Source of the DNA: Spirochaetia bacterium
Lineage (GTDB): Bacteria > Spirochaetota > Spirochaetia > SZUA-6 > Bin103
Direction of reading: 5' to 3'
Assembly (NCBI GenBank): GCA_965203055.1
Contig: OZ241863.1
Span: 992,001 to 1,056,000, forward strand
DNA length: 64,000 nucleotides
Numbering within the stretch: position 1 is the stretch's first letter; every line of letters begins with the position of its first letter. Shown piece by piece: positions 38,171-45,680 of the stretch. The position numbers and the translations under genes were made by a program. Below the pieces are notes generated by a model that worked only from the letters and a program-made list of their open reading frames with translations, was not told the DNA's origin and ran no database searches.

Positions 38171-39331
38171 TCAGCACGCGAGAGTTGCGGCCGTAGCGAT
38201 GTCCGAGAGCGGGATGGCGGTTACCCGTTCCGCCAGCGGGAACCGCTGTTCGCCGGGATGCACCACGAACAGGTGGTCGAGGCCGAGGTCGTTCAGGGCC
38301 ACGTGCATCGACTTGGTCAGCCGCGGGCTGTCGGTCAGCTTGCACTCGTAGCCGATGCGGGCGCCGCGATGGAGCGCCAGCACGTCCAGCTCGGCGCCGC
38401 CGTGGGTCGCCCAGAACCAGCAGTCACGTTCGCCGTGGACCGCCGCGATCTCCTCCACGCACATACCTTCCCAGGATGCGCCGTAGCAGGGATGGGATTC
38501 GACGTCGCGCAGGTGCTCCAGCCCCAGCAGGGCGTGCAGCAGGCCGCTGTCCCTGAAGTACACCTTGGGCGACTTCACCAGCCGCTTACCGATGTTCTGA
38601 AACCAGGGATGAAGCTGGCGGACGAGGTAGGCGCCCGCCAGAAGGTCCAGATAGCGCCGCGCCGTAGTGTGGGATACGGCTAGCGACGAGGCCACTGCGG
38701 AGCCGTTCCAGCGCTGCCCGTGGAGGTGGGCCACCATCAGCAGAAAGCGGCGCATGGCGTACGGCGCCATCTCAAATCCGAACTGTCGCAGGTCCCGCTC
38801 GACGAACGTCCGGAGAAAACTCTGCCGCCACGCGAAGCTGTCCTCTTCGGACGCCGCCAGGTACGACGGCGGAAACCCGCCCCGCAGCCAGAGGCGATCC
38901 CTTTGGCCGGCGCCGGTCTCGCCAATGCGGAACCCCACCATGGAGACCAGCTCGACTCTGCCGGCAAGCGTCTCGGAGGTGCCGCGCACGAGGTCCGGAG
39001 CCGCGCTGCCCAGAAGCAGGAACTTCGCCGGCAGCGGCTGCCGGTCCAGCAGTACGCGCAGCAGCGGCAGCAGGTCGGGCCGCAACTGGATCTCGTCGAG
39101 GACCACCAAACCGCGGGCGCGCCCCAGCGTGAGCTTGGGGGCGGTCAGACGCGCCAAGTCGGACGGATCCTCGAGATCGAAGTACTCGGCGCGGCGGCGG
39201 CGGGCGATCCGGCGGGCGATGGTGGTCTTGCCGGCTTGGCGCGGCCCCAGCAGCACGGCGCCGCGGCTGCGGTTCAGCGCCTGGGTGATCCGGGATTCGA
39301 TCTCATCTCGTGCGACGAAGGACACCGACAT
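38171..39331 (-). CDS. AAA_14 ATPase plus DUF4143 protein
   Basis: GPRQAGKTT, LDEIQ, LLGSA, ETLAGR, RGGFP, KSPKVYFRDSG, ELDVL..YECK. Confidence 0.88.
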   Translation of the reverse strand: MSVSFVARDEIESRITQALNRSRGAVLLGPRQAGKTTIARRIARRRRAEYFDLEDPSDLARLTAPKLTLGRARGLVVLDEIQLRPDLLPLLRVLLDRQPLPAKFLLLGSAAPDLVRGTSETLAGRVELVSMVGFRIGETGAGQRDRLWLRGGFPPSYLAASEEDSFAWRQSFLRTFVERDLRQFGFEMAPYAMRRFLLMVAHLHGQRWNGSAVASSLAVSHTTARRYLDLLAGAYLVRQLHPWFQNIGKRLVKSPKVYFRDSGLLHALLGLEHLRDVESHPCYGASWEGMCVEEIAAVHGERDCWFWATHGGAELDVLALHRGARIGYECKLTDSPRLTKSMHVALNDLGLDHLFVVHPGEQRFPLAERVTAIPLSDIATAATLAC

Positions 39332-39332
39332 G

Positions 39333-39367
39333 CTTGAATATTGAACATCTGTTGTTCAATTTTCAAG
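39333..39367. promoter_or_regulatory. AT-rich palindrome overlapping a candidate promoter (-35 TTGAAA, 17 nt, -10 CAATAT on the minus strand)
   Basis: CTTGAATATTGAACA-tctgt-TGTTCAATTTTCAAG, 15-bp arms with 1 mismatch. Confidence 0.6.
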
Positions 39368-39371
39368 GATC

Positions 39372-40001
39372 TCATGTCGGGAAGTGTCCGTTGCTCTGGG
39401 TCAGCCGGAGGCGTTCCAGGCGGTCGCGTAGTTCGTGTTGGCGCTTCTCCAGCGCGGCGTGGACCTGCCGCAGGCGCGCCTCGGGGTCGGTGAGCTCCAG
39501 CAGCCGCTGCTTCTGCGCCAGCGCGAGGTCGCTGAAGTAGGACACGTAGAAGGAAACCACGGAGGCGGAGGTTCGTTCCAGCTCCGCGTAGGGGAGGTTG
39601 CCCGGAGTGGTGTCGTAGAGGTCCTGAAACAGCCGCAGGCAGGGCGCCACGAGATCGGCCAGGTCGTCCGCGGCGCTGTCTGCGAAGTAGCGCACCCGCG
39701 CCTGCAGATAGGCTTCCTCGCGCAGCAGCCGGGTGATGCGGAAGCGCCGCACGCCCACGCTAAGGAGATCCAGGCGGCCGTCGTCGTAGCGCTTGATGAT
39801 CTTCACGATCTTGGCGCAGCAGCCGGTCCGGGCGGCCCCATCGCCGTCGGCGCAGATCACGCCGAACAGGCCCTCGCCTTCGAGCACGGCCGCCACCATC
39901 CGCCGGTAGCGCTGTTCGAAGATGTGCAGCGGCAGCGGCGCGCGCGGGAACAGCACCACGTTGAGAGGAAACAGCGGCAGGATCTGCTCAGGTTCCGGCA
40001 T
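39372..40001 (-). CDS. Lon N-terminal substrate-binding domain protein
   Basis: LPLFPLNVVLFP..PLPLHIFEQRYR; KQRLLE; extended -10 TGcTATACT at 40021-40029 (minus). Confidence 0.88.
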   Translation of the reverse strand: MPEPEQILPLFPLNVVLFPRAPLPLHIFEQRYRRMVAAVLEGEGLFGVICADGDGAARTGCCAKIVKIIKRYDDGRLDLLSVGVRRFRITRLLREEAYLQARVRYFADSAADDLADLVAPCLRLFQDLYDTTPGNLPYAELERTSASVVSFYVSYFSDLALAQKQRLLELTDPEARLRQVHAALEKRQHELRDRLERLRLTQSNGHFPT

Positions 40002-40037
40002 CGCCTCGCGCCCTTCTCACAGTATAGCACACTCGAT

Positions 40038-41189
40038 TCAGAACAGCGCGCCGGCCCAGAGCCGGTCGAGGAAGGTCGCGTAGTGGAGCAGCTCGATGCC
40101 GTCGCCGGTCGTGCGGTCATGCGGGTCGAGCGACACGACGAGGCGGCGCTTCGCTTGCGGATGGTCGCGCGCCAATTCGCGCAGGCCGCGGGCATGGTCG
40201 CTGCGCACCCGCCGGGCGGCCTTGGTCTCGATGGCGCAGTCGATGTGGTTGATCACGAAGTCGACCTCGGCGCCGGTGCTGAGCCGCCAGTAGGCGAACT
40301 CCGCGTAGCGGGCGCGGTACGAGTCGTAGCAGCACAGCTCGTGAAACACCCAGTTCTCGAACGCCTTGCCGAACAGCTCGCCGCCGGGCCGCAGGCGCCC
40401 GCGCCGGGCGAGGAAGTTCACCACGCCGACGTCGCGGAAGTAGAACTTCGGGGCGGCGACGGTGCGGCGCTTCGGGCGGCGCCGGTACGCCGGCAGAAAC
40501 CGCCCCAGCAGGGTGTCCTCCAGGATCTCGAAGTACGACCTTACCGTCTGGCTGGTGACGCCGGTGTCGCGGGCGATCGTCGTGTAGCTGACCGCTTCGC
40601 CGTCGGCCAGCGCCGCCAGGCCAAGGAATTCGGCGTAGGCCGGCAGCCGGCGCGACAGCCCCTCGGCCGCCACCTCCTCCTTCAGGTATTGGGAGACGTA
40701 GGCGTCCAGCCGCGGCAGCGCGGCCGGCGCGTCATGGATGCTCGGCAGATAGCCGTGGTTCAACAGGCGTTCCAGGTCCAGGTCCGGTCCGATCTCGCGC
40801 GCGGAGAGGCCGTAGAGTTCCCGGCGCTCGCCGCGGCCGCCCAGGAGATTGGCGGCCCCGCGGCGAACCTTGCGGGCACTGGAGCCGCACAGCGCGAAGT
40901 GCACGCCGCGGCGTTCGATCAGCCAGTGCACCGCGTCCAGCAGCGCCGGCACCTTCTGAATTTCGTCGATCACGATGAAGTCGGCGCCGTGGCGGCGCTG
41001 CTCGTCGATCAGCAACTGCGGCGCCTGCAGGTACCGGCGGTAGGATTCGGGCCGCAGCAGGTCCACCCAGGGCACGTCGGGGAAGGTCTCGGCCAGCAGC
41101 GTGCTCTTGCCCGCCTGGCGCGGCCCCCACAGGAAGAAGGTTCCCGGATGGCCGCGGCGGAGTTCCAGCAGCCTGGTGTATTTTGCCAC
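40038..41189 (-). CDS. AAA_14 ATPase plus DUF4143 protein
   Basis: WGPRQAGKST, IDEIQK, CGSSARK, NLLGGR, PKFYFRDVG, EVDFV..IETK. Confidence 0.88.
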   Translation of the reverse strand: MAKYTRLLELRRGHPGTFFLWGPRQAGKSTLLAETFPDVPWVDLLRPESYRRYLQAPQLLIDEQRRHGADFIVIDEIQKVPALLDAVHWLIERRGVHFALCGSSARKVRRGAANLLGGRGERRELYGLSAREIGPDLDLERLLNHGYLPSIHDAPAALPRLDAYVSQYLKEEVAAEGLSRRLPAYAEFLGLAALADGEAVSYTTIARDTGVTSQTVRSYFEILEDTLLGRFLPAYRRRPKRRTVAAPKFYFRDVGVVNFLARRGRLRPGGELFGKAFENWVFHELCCYDSYRARYAEFAYWRLSTGAEVDFVINHIDCAIETKAARRVRSDHARGLRELARDHPQAKRRLVVSLDPHDRTTGDGIELLHYATFLDRLWAGALF

Positions 41190-41267
41190 TACTACTTGAA
41201 AATAACATGTAATCCGGTATTACACAATGTGATTCTGCCCGCCGCCGGCCGCGGCCGCGGGCGGTAG

Positions 41268-42113
41268 TCAGGCGTAGTAGTAGCAGATGCGATAGCTGTC
41301 GCGGGCCGCGAAGCCGAGGTTCTCGTACAGCCGGATCGCGGTGGCGTTGTTCGGCTTGACGAACAGCGCCGCCGACCTGCCGGCGGCGAACAGCTCCCGC
41401 AGCAGCGCCGTCAGCACCGCGCCGCCGTAACCGCGCCGGCGGCGCGCCGGCTCGGTGAACAGGCCGCCGATCTGGTCCACCGCGAAGCCGCGCGCGTTGG
41501 TGCCGGCCTTGGATACGGGGTGTCCGCCGACGGTGCCGAAGTAGATCAACTCCCGCTGCAGGCTGCGCTGCAGCAGGCGCCGGCACAGGGCGCCGTCGAA
41601 CCGGCTGCGGTCCAGGAGCACCTCCTCCAGCTCGTAGGCGCGCTGCAGCTCGAACAGCCGCCGCGCATCGCGCGGCCGGGCGCGCCGGACCTGCAGGTCG
41701 GAGGGCAGCTCCGGGGGGCGAAAGCCGGTCGCCTCCAGCGTCATCAAGGTGTAGTCCACGATGGCGTAACCGCGCCCCAACAGCTCCTGGACCCGCAGCA
41801 CGTCGCTGCGCGTGCCCATGACCGTTTGCGGGCTCCGGCAACTGCGTTCGATGAGCGAACGCAGCGCCGGCGGCAGCGGGCGCCCGTCGCGCAGCGCCGG
41901 AAGCACCAGGCCGGAGCGGGTGATCAGCACCGCGGAGGGGTGCTCGGCAGCGCTCCGCTCCAACACGATGGCCCAGGAGCGGCGCAGCCAGCGGTAACGC
42001 CGGCCGGAACCGGTCAAGCGCGCGCTGAACGGTACGTAGGCCCACTCGCGCCGGCGCAGGCTTTGCGCGACCGTTTTCAGGTCGGCGGCCTCCGCGTAGC
42101 GCCAGCGGCTCAT
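41268..42113 (-). CDS. GNAT-family acetyltransferase
   Basis: QIGGLFTEPARRRRGYG (motif A), LFVKPNNATAIRLYENLGF; ATGA overlap with GH3. Confidence 0.85.
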   Translation of the reverse strand: MSRWRYAEAADLKTVAQSLRRREWAYVPFSARLTGSGRRYRWLRRSWAIVLERSAAEHPSAVLITRSGLVLPALRDGRPLPPALRSLIERSCRSPQTVMGTRSDVLRVQELLGRGYAIVDYTLMTLEATGFRPPELPSDLQVRRARPRDARRLFELQRAYELEEVLLDRSRFDGALCRRLLQRSLQRELIYFGTVGGHPVSKAGTNARGFAVDQIGGLFTEPARRRRGYGGAVLTALLRELFAAGRSAALFVKPNNATAIRLYENLGFAARDSYRICYYYA

Positions 42114-43840
42114 GGCGCGCCGGCGGCGGCCGGCTGCGCGATGCCGGCGAAGTCGAGCGGCAGCCGCCCGGTGGCGCGGTAGTCGCCGGCGAGCACGCCG
42201 AAGCCGGCCTCGAACGAGGCCGCGCCGGTGCCGTATACGGCGATTGCGGTGCGCACCCACGGCACCTGCCGCAGGTACACCGGGGTCAGCGCCGACACCA
42301 CGACGAGGCGCGCGGCCAGCGGTTCCAGCCGCTGCAGAATCTGCAAGCTGTTGTAGTTGGCCAGTTCGTAGATCACCGTGTCATAGCCGCGCGCGAGGGC
42401 GGGGATGCGGCTGAGATGCGGCTCCCTGGCGGAGTAGAACGGCGCGTACGGCATGGTCGCGGCATCGGCTTCCGGATAGCGGCGGCGCCCGGCGTCGATG
42501 AATGCCTGGTGCTGGCCCACCAGCAGCGTGCGGCCGCGCTCCTCCGCCAGCGGCAGGCCGCCGCCGTCGCGCAGCACCGTTACCGCGCGCGCGGCCGCGG
42601 CGAAGAAGAACTCCGCCGCCCCCGGCGCCGGCACCAGCTCCTCCGGCGGCGCGCCGGCCGGCCCCAGCGGCGCCGGCGGCGCCGCGCTCACCGCGGCGCG
42701 CTTGCCTTCCAGCACGCGCTGCGCCGCTTCCCGGATCTGGCGCCGGAAGTCGGCGTCCGTTCGCATGCGCGCGCGCGCCAGCTCCCAGGCGCGCCGTTGC
42801 CAGTCGGGCGTGTGGGCGATCATCACCAGATCGGTGCCGGCGCGCAACGCCGCCAGGGCCGCCTGCGCCGGTGACCCGGCGGCCTCGACGGCGCCATCCA
42901 TCTCCAGGTCGTCGGTGAGTACGATGCCGTTGAAGCCCAGCCGTTCGCGCAGCAGCGTGCCGACGAACCAGGGCGAAAGTGACGCCGATTCATGATCCCC
43001 GGTCACTTCGGGAAAGGCGAGGTGGCCGGTCATGACCGCCGGGATTCCCTCCCGGATCAGGAACCGGTAGGGGACCAGTTCGCGCTGCCAGAGCTGGTCG
43101 AGATCGGCGCTCACCCGCGGCAGCACCAGGTGGGAATCGCGGTCCGCGGCGCCGTGGCCGGGGAAGTGCTTGGCGGTGGCCATGACGCCGGCGCTCTGCA
43201 GGCCGCGAAAGAAGGCGACCGCCAGCAGCCCGGTCTGCACCGGGTCGGAACTGAAGGCGCGCGGGCCGATCACCGCGGCCGCGGGATCGGAGTACACGTC
43301 GACGGTCGGCGCGAAGTTCATGTTGATGCCGAGCGCGGCCAGCTCGGCGCCGAGGTAGCGCCCGGTGCGGAAGGCGTCCGCGGCCAGGCCGGCGGCGCCC
43401 AGGGCGAGGTTGCCGGGAGTCTGCGACGCGGCGTGCTTGACGTGGCGGATCCAGCCCCCCTCCTGGTCGGTGGCGATGAGCAGCGGAATCTGCCGCGGCT
43501 GGCGCCGCGCCGCCTCCTGCAGCGCCGCGGTGGTGGCGGCGAGCTGCTTCAGACTCGTCACGTTGCGGGGAAAGAGCTTGACGCCGCCGAGGCCGCGCTG
43601 CTCGATCCAGCGCCGCAACTCCGGCGGCACCGCGGCGCCCGGGTAGCCGAGCATGAACACCTGTCCGAGCAGTTCGTCGTCGCTCATGGCGCCGGTCAGG
43701 GCGCGTATGGCCGCGGGACCGGAGAGCGCCTCCCGGAACGTGGCCGGCGCCGCGGCGCGCTCCTGCGTTGCCGCCGGCAGGGGGCCGGCCGCGCCGGCGG
43801 CGGCCAGCAGCAGCGCCGCCGCGAACGCGCCGCGCGTCAT
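42110..43840 (-). CDS. Glycoside hydrolase family 3, beta-N-acetylhexosaminidase-like, exported
   Basis: Signal peptide; ATDQEGG, NFAPTVD, KHFPGHG, DSH, TDDLEM. Confidence 0.9.
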   Translation of the reverse strand: MTRGAFAAALLLAAAGAAGPLPAATQERAAAPATFREALSGPAAIRALTGAMSDDELLGQVFMLGYPGAAVPPELRRWIEQRGLGGVKLFPRNVTSLKQLAATTAALQEAARRQPRQIPLLIATDQEGGWIRHVKHAASQTPGNLALGAAGLAADAFRTGRYLGAELAALGINMNFAPTVDVYSDPAAAVIGPRAFSSDPVQTGLLAVAFFRGLQSAGVMATAKHFPGHGAADRDSHLVLPRVSADLDQLWQRELVPYRFLIREGIPAVMTGHLAFPEVTGDHESASLSPWFVGTLLRERLGFNGIVLTDDLEMDGAVEAAGSPAQAALAALRAGTDLVMIAHTPDWQRRAWELARARMRTDADFRRQIREAAQRVLEGKRAAVSAAPPAPLGPAGAPPEELVPAPGAAEFFFAAAARAVTVLRDGGGLPLAEERGRTLLVGQHQAFIDAGRRRYPEADAATMPYAPFYSAREPHLSRIPALARGYDTVIYELANYNSLQILQRLEPLAARLVVVSALTPVYLRQVPWVRTAIAVYGTGAASFEAGFGVLAGDYRATGRLPLDFAGIAQPAAAGAP

Positions 43841-44715
43841 CGGGAGCAGGTCCACCCGGGCGCGGCGTAGCGGCGCTGTTCCAGCTCCCGCGCCAGCCGC
43901 GCTTCGGCCGCCGACAGCTCCGACCGGCGCACCCGCAGGCGGGCGGCGGCGGCCGTTGCCAGAAGCTGCAGCGCTCCCTGGTAGGTGTGGCGGCATTCGG
44001 TCTCGCCGGCTACCGAGGTGGCGGCAGGCGCGGCCGGCGCGGCGGGCCGGTGCGGCCGGAGGTAGCGCCGGATGCGGGTGTAGGCGCCGGTGAGGGGTAT
44101 GGTTCCGTGTTGCAGCGCCGCGCCGCGGGTCGTGGTCTGCGCGCTGCCGACCAGCTTTCGCTGTCCCGCGGTGACCTCGTATTCGGCGGTGGTCCGGTAG
44201 CAGTCAGGATCGGGAGCCGGCGGCGCCGGGCGCGCGGCTTCCGCATGCGCGGCCGGCTCCGACCGGACCACGCCATGCACGCCGAGGGCCGGCAGCAGGC
44301 GGAGCAGAATCGCGGCCGCGGCGCGGTAGGCGGCGCGCTTGGAAAACGGCTGCAGGTGCCGGCGCCCCAGCACCACGGCATAGGTGACCTCGTCGTCGTG
44401 CAGCACCGCGCGCCCGCCGGTGGGACGGCGCACCAAGTCCACCCCGTCGCGCCGGCGGCGCGCGTCATCCTCCAGGTCGGCGACCGGCTGGAACCGTCCC
44501 AGCGACAGACACGGCGGGGCGAATCCATACAGCCGCAGCACCGGATCGCCGCCGTCCGCCATGCATTGCAGCAGGGCTTCGTCCACCGCCATGTTGCGCG
44601 CCCCGGGCTGCCGCGGGTCCACCAGCAGCCGGAACGAAAGATGCTCCGGGAATGGATGAACGAACGGAATGAAGCCCGGCCGGGGCGCGGCGGCGTGACG
44701 CAAGTGTTCTGCCAT
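43837..44715 (-). CDS. Lipoate-protein ligase / octanoyltransferase (LipM/LplA family)
   Basis: NMAVDEALL, LRLYG, VRRPTGGRAVLH, KLVGSAQ, LQHG. Confidence 0.88.
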   Translation of the reverse strand: MAEHLRHAAAPRPGFIPFVHPFPEHLSFRLLVDPRQPGARNMAVDEALLQCMADGGDPVLRLYGFAPPCLSLGRFQPVADLEDDARRRRDGVDLVRRPTGGRAVLHDDEVTYAVVLGRRHLQPFSKRAAYRAAAAILLRLLPALGVHGVVRSEPAAHAEAARPAPPAPDPDCYRTTAEYEVTAGQRKLVGSAQTTTRGAALQHGTIPLTGAYTRIRRYLRPHRPAAPAAPAATSVAGETECRHTYQGALQLLATAAAARLRVRRSELSAAEARLARELEQRRYAAPGWTCSR

Positions 44716-44732
44716 GATAAGGTAGGCGGAAT

Positions 44733-45680
44733 ATGCAGGCTGCGCAACCGCGGGCGCTGCTCGGACTGCTCGGGGCGCTGATCTTCACGCTGATTCCTGC
44801 CTTGCCGGCGCGGGCCGACGACCACGAGCCGGCGCCCGAACGGCTCACTCATGAGCTCTGCCCCGAACAGGACTGCCGCTCCGCCGTAGCGCGTTTCCTG
44901 GAGGCGTTCCGTAGTGAGGACCGGAATGACCTGGCGGCGCTGGTCGACTTTCCCGTCTATCGCGGGTACCCGGTGGTGGCGCCGATCGAGCGGGAGGAGT
45001 TTGGCGCCCGCTTCGACGACCTCTTCACCGACAAGTTGACGAGATTCATCGCCGCGTCGGAAGTGGACGACTGGCAGGTGGACGGCTGGCGCGGCATCTC
45101 GCTGCGCGGCCCGGGCGACACCTGGGTGTGGCTGCATCACGATGGGTCGCTGCGCGGCGTATATGGCGGCTGGCCCGCCGAGTGGCAGGCCGAGTGGAAC
45201 CGGCTCATCGAGCTGGAGCGGGGTCAACTGCACGTCAGTCTGCGGGCCTATGAACGGCCGATACTCGAATGGGACACCGAGCGCCATCGCGTCAGAATCG
45301 ACAGTCTGGGAGGCGGCAGCTTTCGCTACTCCTCCTGGCCGGCCGGCGCGCACCACCGGCGGAAGCCGGATCTGATTCTGCTCGGCGGCAGGGTGTTTGG
45401 TCACGGCGGCTGCGGGAATCACCAATACGACTTCCCGGTCGGCCAGTATCTGTATCAGGTACGGGTCCACCGCTGCGCCGGCAGCGCCGGACCCGGTGAG
45501 CTGTTCGTGTACCGGAGCCCCGGGGTCTCGGCCGCCTACAGCCAGGGACGGCCGCTCCCGGATGACTATGAACTGGTGCGCCGGGAGCGCTTCACGAGAA
45601 CCCCGAGCACGCTCGAAGAGCTGGCGATCGGCGCGCGCCGCAGAACCGAAGTAGAACGCTCCGCCGAGCCGGTCGACTAG
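44733..45680 (+). CDS. Hypothetical exported protein
   Basis: Signal peptide (ARA-DD); GC-rich coding-like codon pattern; no recognised family. Confidence 0.6.
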   Translation: MQAAQPRALLGLLGALIFTLIPALPARADDHEPAPERLTHELCPEQDCRSAVARFLEAFRSEDRNDLAALVDFPVYRGYPVVAPIEREEFGARFDDLFTDKLTRFIAASEVDDWQVDGWRGISLRGPGDTWVWLHHDGSLRGVYGGWPAEWQAEWNRLIELERGQLHVSLRAYERPILEWDTERHRVRIDSLGGGSFRYSSWPAGAHHRRKPDLILLGGRVFGHGGCGNHQYDFPVGQYLYQVRVHRCAGSAGPGELFVYRSPGVSAAYSQGRPLPDDYELVRRERFTRTPSTLEELAIGARRRTEVERSAEPVD

